Shown piece after piece: positions 1 through 9,274 of a DNA stretch of 64,000 bases. Below the pieces are notes generated by a model. It worked only from the letters and a program-made list of their open reading frames with translations, ran no database searches and had not been told where the DNA came from. The translations under genes were made by a program, and so were the position numbers. This DNA is from a virus, in IMG/VR virus record IMGVR_UViG_3300033156_000150, positions 20,947-84,946 of that record; one strand, given 5' to 3'. Within the stretch, counting starts at the first letter, position 1, and each line of letters starts with the position of its first letter.

Positions 1-1
1 C

Positions 2-808
2 GACGCCAATAACACAGCAAAGACTTGCCTGTACTATCAGGGTTGGCATTGGCACTTTCGCAACCTAGAGTTTCGTAATGCGACTGACTGCGGTGTGCTT
101 CCAGGCGCAAGCGGTCACGCTTACGCCAACCACTGGTTCAACTGTCGTTTTTGTCACAACGGTGCGGAGGGCTTCTATAACCGGGATACTTCCACAGGAT
201 ATAGGGGATACTACTCAGCCATTTCTCACTGTCGAGGGGATCACAATGGGGCGTCTGGCTTTCGCACTTACGGGCAAGCGTCTATTGTGTGTAGCGTAGC
301 GGACCACAACAGCGACAAGGGGTTTGCTTGGTTTGCGGGGATGGCGTGTTGTTTGGCCTATGCGAACGACTATGGGATCTACGGTTCCGGGGCAGGGGAT
401 TACGCTGTTCGTGCGTTCTGTGTGACAGATGGGAATTCTTTGTATGGAATCATTGGCTACAACATGTTGTTAGTTGGTTGTCGTTCTACTAACAACACTC
501 AGTATGGGTTCGCGAGCTCGGGTGGTGGGGTCTATGTGAGCACGGCTATTGGGTGTTATGCGGCAAACAACGGTTCAGGTGACTACATAGGCGACTTTAT
601 CCGAGTGGTTGGTGGGATAGATACCTGTAGCAGTGGCGGAGGGCATGGTTATCGGGATCGAAGTAACGGGTTGTTTGAATCGTTGGTCCGGTCCGCTGGT
701 TATGGGAGAAAGATTGTTCTGCCGGATGAGTCAACGATTATGCGCCTGGTGTCCGGGTTGCCTAATGTGCCAACTACAGGCCAGGTTTTCGAAGGGGTGT
801 TTAGCTGA
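2..808 (+). CDS. Parallel beta-helix repeat protein, 5'-truncated (probable virion appendage)
   Basis: Frame is open from position 2 (DANNTAKTCLYY...); repeated C-x-x-x-x-N-x-x-x-G-F/Y units are typical of right-handed beta-helices. Confidence 0.6.
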   Translation, partial: DANNTAKTCLYYQGWHWHFRNLEFRNATDCGVLPGASGHAYANHWFNCRFCHNGAEGFYNRDTSTGYRGYYSAISHCRGDHNGASGFRTYGQASIVCSVADHNSDKGFAWFAGMACCLAYANDYGIYGSGAGDYAVRAFCVTDGNSLYGIIGYNMLLVGCRSTNNTQYGFASSGGGVYVSTAIGCYAANNGSGDYIGDFIRVVGGIDTCSSGGGHGYRDRSNGLFESLVRSAGYGRKIVLPDESTIMRLVSGLPNVPTTGQVFEGVFS

Positions 809-2601
809 TGTTTCACAGTCAGACGTTTACGGTCTCCAACGCAGATATCACGTCGGAGTATGGCGTTGATTTGACCCCGAGTAGTTTGGAGAACTTTGCT
901 CCAAGCGGGGCCCACGCACTGTTGCACCACCAGTTGTTGCTTAGTGGCCTGGATAGTAATGGAGGGACAATCACGGCTCGTTGGAAGGTTGTGCGAAACT
1001 CAACTGTGTACTACGGGCCGTCCGAAAGCGTGACGTATCAGCCAGGGGATACCACCCTGGTAGTTGATCTGAAGGAGATTTTGTTCCTCTCTGAGGATTC
1101 GCTTACTTTGCTGTTGTTGAGCGACAACGCGAGTGATACGTCGGTTGACATCTCAGTTGTGCAGGTGAACGCGCAGCAGGTCAACGTAGGGGCGATATCC
1201 GAAAGTACGGAGGCGGCTGACACTGTGGAGTCGAGGATTGGGAATCTCGATGTTGCTGTTTCCAGTAGGGCGAATGGGGCTTACTATACCTACGCGAGGG
1301 CTCAGAGACTGGACAATCTGGATGCCACTGTAAGTTCTCGCAGCACGTTGGAATTAGCCGATCTGGATTCAGTAAGGTCTGAGGTGTTGTCTGCCATCTA
1401 CGACATTGGTGTAGCAGCGGCGAGTGTGGGAGCTGTGGCTACTAGCCGCACGATCTCGGCCGGAACGGAGGGCGATAATACGTCGCTTGACGACACTTAT
1501 GGGCTCGACGAGTCCTACCACATAATTACGGCGTCTGACGGCGAGATTGATGTGTACTATGAGTTCACACTGGACGACGATTATGTGCCGGTGGGCCTGC
1601 ACATTAAGGGTCGGCTTCACGAGGGGAATACACCAAGTGGTCAGGATAGTGTTAACATTCAGGTTTATGATTGGAACTCGAGTGCTTGGGAAACCGTCGT
1701 GCCTCTGCAAGGAGGCTTCGTGGGCGTGGCAAATAGCGACAATGAGGATGATGAGGTGCGGGTAGTTCCGCTATTCGCTCGGCACAAAGATAGTTCAACC
1801 AACGCAGTACGAGTGCGGTTCGTTGGAACGGGACTCAAGACTGGAACAGCTCTCTACGTGGATCAGATTTACCTGACCTACACCGCTGTTTTGTCGTACA
1901 CCGGGATCGCTGGGGCGATCCTAGCGAATACCGACTACAAGTTACAGACCGATTCAGATGGGTACGCCCTGGCGGATGCTGTCAAGATTGGTGGAAGTAA
2001 AACAGCGGCGGACGATGTTAAAGCGAAGATCGGCAACCTCGATGCGGCGGTAAGCACGCGGGCTACACCAGCGCAAGTGAACAGCGAGTGTGACACGGCT
2101 CTGAGTGACGCGGGTGTGACCACGGCACGCATGGCAAAGCTGGACAATGCCTTGTTGGATACCACCTGGACCGATGCCCGCGCGGCCAAGCTGGACAACC
2201 TGGACGCTGCGATAACAACCCGCTTGGCAGCGGCAGATTACACGGCACCGGACAACGCGGGCATCGCTGCGATTCAGGCACAGACGGATCAGCTTGAGTT
2301 CGCGGGTGGAGATGTCAAGGCTACGTTGGATGGAGAGAAGGTGACTGTTTCGAGTAACGAAGACAAGACTGGCTACAGCCTGACGTCGGACTATGACGCG
2401 GCGAAGACGGCGGCGAAACCTGGTGATCAGATGGCACTGACTACCGTAGCGGTTGCTAGTCTGGTAGATACCTTCTTGGACGAACCCGCTTCCGAGCATA
2501 GGACTGCGGATACGGTGGGGGAAAAGATCTACGATGCAGGGGAAGCTGGCGCGAAGACGATCAACATTACGACGGATACCGTAGTGGTAAGAAGCGAGTA
2601 G
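808..2601 (+). CDS. Putative virion structural protein with LDNLDAxVSxR repeats
   Basis: 597 aa, Ala/Thr/Asp-rich; repeats IGNLDVAVSSR, LDNLDATVSSR, IGNLDAAVSTR, LDNLDAAITTR flank a beta-rich domain. Confidence 0.55.
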   Translation: MFHSQTFTVSNADITSEYGVDLTPSSLENFAPSGAHALLHHQLLLSGLDSNGGTITARWKVVRNSTVYYGPSESVTYQPGDTTLVVDLKEILFLSEDSLTLLLLSDNASDTSVDISVVQVNAQQVNVGAISESTEAADTVESRIGNLDVAVSSRANGAYYTYARAQRLDNLDATVSSRSTLELADLDSVRSEVLSAIYDIGVAAASVGAVATSRTISAGTEGDNTSLDDTYGLDESYHIITASDGEIDVYYEFTLDDDYVPVGLHIKGRLHEGNTPSGQDSVNIQVYDWNSSAWETVVPLQGGFVGVANSDNEDDEVRVVPLFARHKDSSTNAVRVRFVGTGLKTGTALYVDQIYLTYTAVLSYTGIAGAILANTDYKLQTDSDGYALADAVKIGGSKTAADDVKAKIGNLDAAVSTRATPAQVNSECDTALSDAGVTTARMAKLDNALLDTTWTDARAAKLDNLDAAITTRLAAADYTAPDNAGIAAIQAQTDQLEFAGGDVKATLDGEKVTVSSNEDKTGYSLTSDYDAAKTAAKPGDQMALTTVAVASLVDTFLDEPASEHRTADTVGEKIYDAGEAGAKTINITTDTVVVRSE

Positions 2602-2605
2602 TGAC

Positions 2606-3670
2606 ATGGGAACGATCACGATCACAAAGAACTGGGAAGTGGACGGAGTGTTGACTGATGTGACGTCGGCCAAACTATCCGACCCGACGGGGACTTATGG
2701 CGTGAAGAGGAACGACACGGGAGAGGTAATTGTCCCCGATGGTACAGACATGACCAAGGTAGGCACGGGCCAGTATAGCTATCAGTTCACTGAGCCGTCG
2801 GATGGTCTAACTTACACAGCCTACGTGGAGATCGTCTATGGTGGCAACACATACTGGTTTGAAGAGGACATCACAGGAACGACTACGGGAATTGTGTCAT
2901 CTGAGGAAGTGCAACAGGAGATGGGTATAAGCTCGGCAACGGCGATGGAGTTGGCAATCATACAAACGGCCATAAAGAGGGCCGAACGGGCGGTCAAGCG
3001 TTACTTGCGTTACGATCCAGTCAAGCGACAGCGGACGGAGTTCTATCCGCGAGGGCCAGTGACTGCGAGCGGATGGGTGAGGTGGGAGGCATCGGAGACG
3101 GAGGCGTATCTGAGGAGATATGGTACGGGTAGGGCAGACGAACTGATCCTGCAACACATTCCTGTTCGCAATATCGACTACTTGTATGTGGACTATGACG
3201 GACGCTTCGGACAGCAGAGCGGGGCGTTTAGTGACAACACACTCAAAGCGGAAGGTACGGACTATTGGTTGAGTTTCGACATGCTTGACGATTCGGGCAA
3301 AGGTATCTGCTTTGATGGCATCCTTCGATGCGCTGGTACGTGGCCTGCCGAGCCGGGCACGGTGAAGGTGGTTTATACGGCGGGATATAGCAGTGACGAG
3401 TTGCGAGGAAACTTGTCAATCATCGACGCTTCGCCGATCTGGGAGAGTGTGTTGGAAGAGGCGGTGCGGCGAGCCAAGAAGGCGTTGACGCAGGCGAAGG
3501 CGTCGGGAATAGGACACTTCCCGGGCATACTTGTCAGCGAGTCTTTGGGAGACTATCACTACAGTGTTGACGTGGCAACGGCAAGGTCATTGTTTGGAGG
3601 TGTATGGGATGTCTCTGGAGCTACAAGGGAGCGTTTGAGTCCGTTCATTCATTGGGGGATGATGTTATGA
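2606..3670 (+). CDS. Head-tail adaptor (gp6/gp15-like) with extra N-terminal beta domain
   Basis: AERAVKRYL helix, LQHIPV, VKVVYTAGYS and SESLGDYHYS motifs are typical of head-tail connectors. Confidence 0.7.
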   Translation: MGTITITKNWEVDGVLTDVTSAKLSDPTGTYGVKRNDTGEVIVPDGTDMTKVGTGQYSYQFTEPSDGLTYTAYVEIVYGGNTYWFEEDITGTTTGIVSSEEVQQEMGISSATAMELAIIQTAIKRAERAVKRYLRYDPVKRQRTEFYPRGPVTASGWVRWEASETEAYLRRYGTGRADELILQHIPVRNIDYLYVDYDGRFGQQSGAFSDNTLKAEGTDYWLSFDMLDDSGKGICFDGILRCAGTWPAEPGTVKVVYTAGYSSDELRGNLSIIDASPIWESVLEEAVRRAKKALTQAKASGIGHFPGILVSESLGDYHYSVDVATARSLFGGVWDVSGATRERLSPFIHWGMML

Positions 3671-3852
3671 CCGAGCAAAGGGATTTGTCGGCGTGGTTGT
3701 CAGAATTGGATCAGGCAGCAGAGCAGGTAGCCGAAACAGTGGCAACCATGTGGTGGGCTATTTTCCGTAGGTTGGTAGAAAAGGGTTTCAGTGAGGAACA
3801 GGCTGTTGAGATAGTAAAGGCAATGGTACATGGCCGAGGTTATTTACCATGA
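3667..3852 (+). CDS. Small hypothetical protein
   Basis: ATGA overlap with the upstream stop; LVEKGFSEEQAVEIV helix. Confidence 0.6.
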   Translation: MTEQRDLSAWLSELDQAAEQVAETVATMWWAIFRRLVEKGFSEEQAVEIVKAMVHGRGYLP

Positions 3853-4714
3853 TCCGCTGCGGGTTGTGCGCCCGGGCAGAGGTGAGGTCGATTTGGAAGG
3901 ACTCTGGGCAGGACAGCCCGGTTTTCTCGTTTGTGGTGGTCCGAGTCTGTCTAAGGTGGACCTGTCGTTACTGCGCAGTAGGGGAGTTGTGTCGGTTGGA
4001 GTCAACAACGCAGCCGCATGGGCGCCGGTGAAGGCTTGGACGTTTGGGGATACACAGAACAAGTTTCATCATGGGCTATTCCTCGACCCTGGTGTTATGA
4101 CGTTTGCTCCCATTCCGAAGTTGAGGAAAACGATACACGTGAAGCGAGACGGAAGGTTCTACGCAACTGATGTAAGGGTAGCCGACTGTCCGAACACGTA
4201 TGGATACGAGCGCCGCACGATGTTTGTGCCACATACTTTCTTCACCGATCCGTGGGCACACTGGGGCAGTGGCAAACATCAGCCTCCTGGTGAGGAAGGG
4301 GTTGGATGTTTATGTACGATGTTGCTTGGTTTGCGGTTGTTGATATATCTTGGTGTGAGGAAGGTATATTTATTGGGTGTTGATTTCTGTGGTACTGAAG
4401 ATGGCAAGTGCTACGGTTTCCCAAATGAGAAGCCGATTCGTCGTAAAATAAAGTGGAGGTATCCAAAGGAGCGTAAGATGTTGGAGTTGTTGATGCCGGA
4501 AATGGAGAAGAGAGGGATCGAGGTTTTCAACGTAGGGCCTTGTACTAAGTTGGATTTGTTTCCAAGGGTATGGTATGAGGATGCGATCGAGGATTGTTGT
4601 AAGGGAGTAGGGAAGGAGCCCTTGGATACAACTGATTGGTATAACAGGAGGGCACATAGGGAGGCTGAGGCGTGTGGTGTGTCGTTGAGGAAGAGTGAGT
4701 TACTTCGGATATAG
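3830..4714 (+). CDS. Maf/DUF115 (MptE-like fold) putative glycosyltransferase, copy 1
   Basis: FLVCGGPS, GVNN and LLGVDF motifs; clear paralog of 27854-28822. Confidence 0.65.
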   Translation: MAEVIYHDPLRVVRPGRGEVDLEGLWAGQPGFLVCGGPSLSKVDLSLLRSRGVVSVGVNNAAAWAPVKAWTFGDTQNKFHHGLFLDPGVMTFAPIPKLRKTIHVKRDGRFYATDVRVADCPNTYGYERRTMFVPHTFFTDPWAHWGSGKHQPPGEEGVGCLCTMLLGLRLLIYLGVRKVYLLGVDFCGTEDGKCYGFPNEKPIRRKIKWRYPKERKMLELLMPEMEKRGIEVFNVGPCTKLDLFPRVWYEDAIEDCCKGVGKEPLDTTDWYNRRAHREAEACGVSLRKSELLRI

Positions 4715-4730
4715 TTGGAGGATATATGCA

Positions 4731-5138
4731 ATGACGAAGCTGTCGGAAAGGAACGGAAGAGGAGAGTCTAGGCGGATTGTAAAAAGGACGGTGAGTGGAA
4801 AACCGCCTGTGAGAAAGGAAGTTAACCACACAGTTCAACCATTGGAGTGTAAGGAATCTGTTGCTATGCAGGTAATGTCTTGGTTTCAGGTGTTTGTTTT
4901 GATTGTCGGATTCGCTTTGGGCATGTTCATCGCGTTGGAGATGTGGTCGGTACGTATGGAGAAGCGGGCAGTAGGTAGATTGCAACAACTTTGGCAAGCG
5001 TTAGAGGAGGAAGTACAGGCAGCAGAAAAGGCGGCGGAGATGGAGATACTTGAGAACAAAGTGTTTGCACCATACCCTGGTGAGTTTTCTGTGTTTGAAG
5101 GAAAGGAAACTATTGAGGAGGGAGGAATGCCTAAGTAG
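4731..5138 (+). CDS. Single-pass membrane protein sharing KVFAPYPGEF with the tape measure protein
   Basis: GGAGG before ATG 4731 (alternative start 4866); hydrophobic FQVFVLIVGFALGMFIAL followed by a coiled coil. Confidence 0.65.
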   Translation: MTKLSERNGRGESRRIVKRTVSGKPPVRKEVNHTVQPLECKESVAMQVMSWFQVFVLIVGFALGMFIALEMWSVRMEKRAVGRLQQLWQALEEEVQAAEKAAEMEILENKVFAPYPGEFSVFEGKETIEEGGMPK

Positions 5139-5152
5139 TTAGAGGAGGTCGT

Positions 5153-5458
5153 GTGATGAGACATCTACTGGGATTTGTTGCGTGGCTGCTTGCGGGGACA
5201 CTAATCGCTTTCGTGTGGCTGCTTGTCGAGGTATTTTGTTGTCTCTTTTTGGGAGTGTTTGTCTCGGCGGAGAAGGCGGAGAGGGTAAGTGATTTGATGT
5301 CAGTTGGCCTTGCGTTCTACGTGTTGTTGTGGCCTATCACTTACTTGGTCTGGGCGGCGTATAGGGTGCTAAGTTGGTGGTCTGCATCCATGGAGCAACA
5401 GTATGGGAGCATGCAGAATGGGAAGGCCCGAACCGAAGCGTTGCGAAATCTGCGGTGA
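5153..5458 (+). CDS. Small membrane protein (about 2 TM segments)
   Basis: GAGGAGG RBS; two long hydrophobic stretches. Confidence 0.6.
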   Translation: MMRHLLGFVAWLLAGTLIAFVWLLVEVFCCLFLGVFVSAEKAERVSDLMSVGLAFYVLLWPITYLVWAAYRVLSWWSASMEQQYGSMQNGKARTEALRNLR

Positions 5459-5633
5459 GTGGATACGTTTCCCCGTCCCGCGCCGGATGCCTGATGGGAG
5501 GGTAATGATTGTATGCTCTGAATGTTCAGAGGATCCGGCGGAGCAGGCGCCGAAGAGGGAGCATGTGAAGGATCGGGCAGCGTTGCATGATATGGAGTAT
5601 CATGGAGGCCGTTTTCACGCTGGTGAATGGTGA
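5403..5633 (+). CDS. Small zinc-ribbon protein
   Basis: CEIC...CSEC. Confidence 0.5.
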   Translation: MGACRMGRPEPKRCEICGEWIRFPVPRRMPDGRVMIVCSECSEDPAEQAPKREHVKDRAALHDMEYHGGRFHAGEW

Positions 5634-5968
5634 GGTTTGCACACATGACGCTAGACGAGTATCAAGAGAGAGCGAGAGGAACTGCCTTCTATCCGTTACA
5701 CATGCTCTACGTGTCCATCGCTCTTGCTGGCGAAGTAGGAGAGTTGGCGAATCAGGTCAAGAAGTTGACACGCGACGACCTGCCGGATTACGATTGGAGG
5801 GACGTCTTGCCAAGGCAACAGATACCGACAGACAGGTATGAGCGGATTGTTGATGAGCTAGGCGACGTGTTGTGGTATGTTGCAGCTATGGCGAGTGAAT
5901 TGGGTGTTTCGTTGGAGGAGGTTGCAAAGCGAAACTTGACCAAGCTAACTGAGAGACATGGGAGATAG
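5627..5968 (+). CDS. mazG: MazG-like NTP pyrophosphohydrolase
   Basis: LAGEVGELANQVKK ... DELGDVLWY ... NLTKL. Confidence 0.9.
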   Translation: MVRFAHMTLDEYQERARGTAFYPLHMLYVSIALAGEVGELANQVKKLTRDDLPDYDWRDVLPRQQIPTDRYERIVDELGDVLWYVAAMASELGVSLEEVAKRNLTKLTERHGR

Positions 5969-5970
5969 CG

Positions 5971-6342
5971 ATGTCGCTGTTGGACCAATTGCCGCACAGA
6001 TGCACGATCCGGAGGCGGGTAAGGACTATCGATGTTCTTGGCGGGGCAAAGGATACACTTGAAACGGTGGCGACCGATGTCCCTTGTTGGGAACAAGCCG
6101 CTGGGTCAGGGGAAATTGAAGAGCACAGGCAAAGAGGGCAGGTTGTGACTCACAAGGTGTATTTCACAACGGACTATGGTTTTGACGAGCGTTATCAGAT
6201 TGAGATAACGTCTCGCAATGGAGAGTCTGTTGATGAGGAGCCGAGCGAGGTGGTGGAGGTGGCTGAGCCAGATGCTTCCATGGCGTTTGGCATTGTGTAT
6301 CGTGTGTTTGTGCGTCGTTATACTGGTGAACTAGGACCGTGA
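5971..6342 (+). CDS. Head-closure protein (SPP1 gp16-like)
   Basis: HRCTIRR..DVLGG..DVPC..THKVYF pattern and size. Confidence 0.65.
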   Translation: MSLLDQLPHRCTIRRRVRTIDVLGGAKDTLETVATDVPCWEQAAGSGEIEEHRQRGQVVTHKVYFTTDYGFDERYQIEITSRNGESVDEEPSEVVEVAEPDASMAFGIVYRVFVRRYTGELGP

Positions 6343-6635
6343 AAGGAGGGACAGAGATGCCTGTGTTGCGGGTAAACTCTAATATGGATCAAGCGTTGGA
6401 CAGGGTATCGGAATCGCTAGCAAAGGCAAAAGAGGCCGGTTCATTTATGGTTGCTGTGTGGCGTGTCGAGGGGAACGAGGTTCATTTAGATCGCCACACG
6501 TGGGAATTTCCAGTAGGGCGATTTAAGGAAGCTGAGGAGATGTTGGGCAAGGCCAACGAGAGAGAAGTTTCTGGGAGCGTTGAACCTGATTTGTTGCCAA
6601 TAGCTGAGTGGTGCAGAGGAGACTACCATGTTTAG
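6339..6635 (+). CDS. Hypothetical protein
   Basis: Fills the gene string; AGGAGG before an internal ATG. Confidence 0.55.
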   Translation: MKGGTEMPVLRVNSNMDQALDRVSESLAKAKEAGSFMVAVWRVEGNEVHLDRHTWEFPVGRFKEAEEMLGKANEREVSGSVEPDLLPIAEWCRGDYHV

Positions 6636-7098
6636 TTGGTTGTTTTCGTGGGTTCCATTGCGATGGATGCGGCCAGCTGAAAAGGAAGCGCAGTTGTGGA
6701 GTCGCAAGGTGGAAAGACTTGTCCGGCGGCTGCAAAAAGCCGAACATCGCTTGCGTGTTGAGCGTAATCGCTTGGCTTCTTTGCAATCGGATATAGAGAT
6801 GTGGGAAGCTGAGTTGTTTAAGCGAGTGAGGGCTAGAGGGGCGGAGGAGCTGGAAAAGACTGAAAGGAGGAAGCGAGAGGTGGAGTCGTTGCTAGACGAA
6901 GCTAAGCAACTGATTGCCGATGAACAGCGGATTGTGAAGGCATTGGAGGAAGAGAACCGAGTTCTCAATGACACAGTTATTCCAGCATTGGTGGCTGGTA
7001 ACCGTTTGATCCAAGAAAGGTGCGGTGCGGAGATCGCAAAGGCAGCAGCGTTACAAGGTATGCTTCAAAGGGGCGAGCGAAACGGCACGGCACAGTAA
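6628..7098 (+). CDS. Coiled-coil hypothetical protein
   Basis: E/R/L-rich heptads; overlaps both neighbours. Confidence 0.6.
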   Translation: MFSWLFSWVPLRWMRPAEKEAQLWSRKVERLVRRLQKAEHRLRVERNRLASLQSDIEMWEAELFKRVRARGAEELEKTERRKREVESLLDEAKQLIADEQRIVKALEEENRVLNDTVIPALVAGNRLIQERCGAEIAKAAALQGMLQRGERNGTAQ

Positions 7099-7406
7099 TG
7101 GACCCGTGGAATTTTGAAGATGTAAAGCGGTTTTTGCGAGAGCGATTTCCTTTAAGGAATTATCGCCTCTACATAAGGCTACAAGAGCCGGCGTGTGGTG
7201 AGGATGGCTACACGTCAGTGTCTAGGAGTGAACGTACAATTACTATTCTTGTGAATCCTAGACAGTCGTTGTCTAACAGGATCCATACTCTTCTGCATGA
7301 GTATGCCCACGCTTTACATCTGGATCGAATTGAGTGGCATGGGCGCCAGTGGTCTAGATTGTATGCTGAGTGCTATACAGCATGGGAAAAGTTGTCTGGG
7401 GAGTGA
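7098..7406 (+). CDS. Small zinc metallopeptidase-like protein (SprT/ImmA-like)
   Basis: TLLHEYAHAL followed by HGRQW. Confidence 0.7.
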   Translation: MDPWNFEDVKRFLRERFPLRNYRLYIRLQEPACGEDGYTSVSRSERTITILVNPRQSLSNRIHTLLHEYAHALHLDRIEWHGRQWSRLYAECYTAWEKLSGE

Positions 7407-7408
7407 GT

Positions 7409-7870
7409 ATGCCAACACCTGAGTTGACTGAGGATGTATTGAAGGAGGCAGTTAGAGCATATAACAAGGCAGGAAGGAACTTGTCGAAAGCTGCGAGGGA
7501 GCTTGGTATTTCAAGGGAGAAGTTGCGTTATAGGCTAGCAAAGGCAAAGGCGAGAGGAATAGGATCGGGAAATGCGAGTTATTCGAGAGAGGAGTTCTTG
7601 GAGGTTGTTGATTGGAGGCGCAAACTGGAAGCGGTGGTGGATGGTGTGTTGAGTAGGCTTAGTGCTGATGAGATTATTGGGGATCAGGAAATGCGAGTCG
7701 TGTATTGTGGAGTTGGCAACAACGGACGGTGGCGGGAGGTTACACGGAAGAGGAAGTATGACCAGTATAGGTTTGTATGTGGGAGGCGAGTATGGTGGGC
7801 TCGGAAGGAAACGGTCAAGTGGGCTCTAGCTAACGTAACGGGAGCGCGTCCATATGGCGGGAAAGAGTAA
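7409..7870 (+). CDS. Fis-type HTH DNA-binding protein
   Basis: NLSKAARELGISREKLRYRL. Confidence 0.75.
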   Translation: MPTPELTEDVLKEAVRAYNKAGRNLSKAARELGISREKLRYRLAKAKARGIGSGNASYSREEFLEVVDWRRKLEAVVDGVLSRLSADEIIGDQEMRVVYCGVGNNGRWREVTRKRKYDQYRFVCGRRVWWARKETVKWALANVTGARPYGGKE

Positions 7871-8951
7871 GTACACTAGGCAGGAGTTTAAGGGGGAATA
7901 TGACCCGGCAGAGGAAGTTAGATTTCTCCGAGCTGAGGTGCGGAGGTTAGAGGGTCAGTTGGAGAAGGTGAAGCAGGAGACAGGGATGGTGCGGATACTG
8001 ATGGAGGATGTGAAGGAGGCGATTAAGGCGCTGCCTCCGGTGAAGAGGCGCAAAGGTAGGCAACGTAAGGTTTCCAAGGTGAGTTCGCCCGTTGTGTATG
8101 TGAGTCACTGGACAGACTGGCACATGGGAGCGATTCAGGATCCGGCGGAGGTTGAGGGATTTGGGGAGTTTAGTCCGGAGATTCTGGAGAGGAGGATAAT
8201 GGATTGTGTTGAGCGGCAGTTGGAGTGGGTGGAGTTACACAGGTCAAACTATCGGATTGAGGAGTCTGTTGATCTGGTGACGGGCGATCTGATAAGTGGG
8301 GGCATACATGATGAACTCTTGTGGACTAATGCCTTTCCGGAGCCAGTGCAAGCGATAAGAGCTGGTGAGCTCCTGGCGCGGGTGGTTGCTAGAAAAGCCG
8401 CGGAGTTCAAGAAGGTGGTAGTTCACTTTGTCACGGTTGATAATCATGGTCGCCTGACAAAGCGCAAGCAACATCAGGAGGCGGGGTACAATTGCTGGGG
8501 GTATGTAATCGGTTTCTACGCCAAGGAGAGGTTGCGGGAGCACAAGAATGTGGAGTTCAATGTGTATCCAGTGACGCAACAGGTGGTGCAGGTGAGCAAC
8601 AGACGCTACCTCCTGACGCATGGCGACAGGGTGAGGGCGTGGATGGGTTTCCCCTACTATGGACAGGAGAGAAAGATCAGTCGTGAGGCGTCCAGGCGTA
8701 TGCGTCGGGCACTGGACGAGTGGCGGAAAGGCGTGTTGCTTGATGACGGTGTGGAGGTCTTGTTTGACCTACTGGTCGGTGGGCACTGGCATGTACCAAT
8801 GACCCACTGTTTGTACTGGCTGGGGGGCAGCGCGTGCGGCACAACGGCATACGATCATAGTCAGGGTAGGTGGGCTGAGCCGAGCCAGCCGTCTTGGCTT
8901 GTGCATCCAAAGCATGGTGAATTTGACAGAACCGATTGGAGGTTGAGATGA
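7854..8951 (+). CDS. Calcineurin-like metallophosphoesterase with N-terminal coiled coil
   Basis: DWHMG, GDLISG, DNHGR, THGD and GHWH motifs. Confidence 0.85.
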   Translation: MAGKSKYTRQEFKGEYDPAEEVRFLRAEVRRLEGQLEKVKQETGMVRILMEDVKEAIKALPPVKRRKGRQRKVSKVSSPVVYVSHWTDWHMGAIQDPAEVEGFGEFSPEILERRIMDCVERQLEWVELHRSNYRIEESVDLVTGDLISGGIHDELLWTNAFPEPVQAIRAGELLARVVARKAAEFKKVVVHFVTVDNHGRLTKRKQHQEAGYNCWGYVIGFYAKERLREHKNVEFNVYPVTQQVVQVSNRRYLLTHGDRVRAWMGFPYYGQERKISREASRRMRRALDEWRKGVLLDDGVEVLFDLLVGGHWHVPMTHCLYWLGGSACGTTAYDHSQGRWAEPSQPSWLVHPKHGEFDRTDWRLR

Positions 8952-9274
8952 CTGCTGAAGAACATTACAAGCGGATCTTGGAAGAGATCAGAACGTTGCA
9001 CGAGGCTAAGGGTGCTGATTATGGATCCGATGAGGATCCGTTTGCTAACCTTCGGGCTAGCGAGCAGTTTGGTTTGCCTGCGTGGGTTGGTGTTGCAATA
9101 CGTATGCAGGACAAGATGACTCGCATACAGTCATTTGTGAGGAAAGGTTTTTTGGAGAACGAGTCCGTAGAGGATTCGTTTCTCGATCTGGCAAATTACG
9201 CCATGTTGGGCTTGGCTTTGATGAGGGAATCGCGCGATGAAGACAGAGATCCCGCCCCGCATGGTGACACATAG
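8948..9274 (+). CDS. Nucleotide-modification-associated all-alpha protein (DUF1599-like)
   Basis: KGADYG..DPFANL..IRMQDKMTR..ESVEDSFLDLANYA. Confidence 0.75.
   Translation: MTAEEHYKRILEEIRTLHEAKGADYGSDEDPFANLRASEQFGLPAWVGVAIRMQDKMTRIQSFVRKGFLENESVEDSFLDLANYAMLGLALMRESRDEDRDPAPHGDT

Noticed and set aside
5058-5087. Diversity-generating retroelement template/variable pair with 24627-24656
   Set aside because: Only 30 nt long, mismatches are not confined to adenines, and no reverse transcriptase is seen
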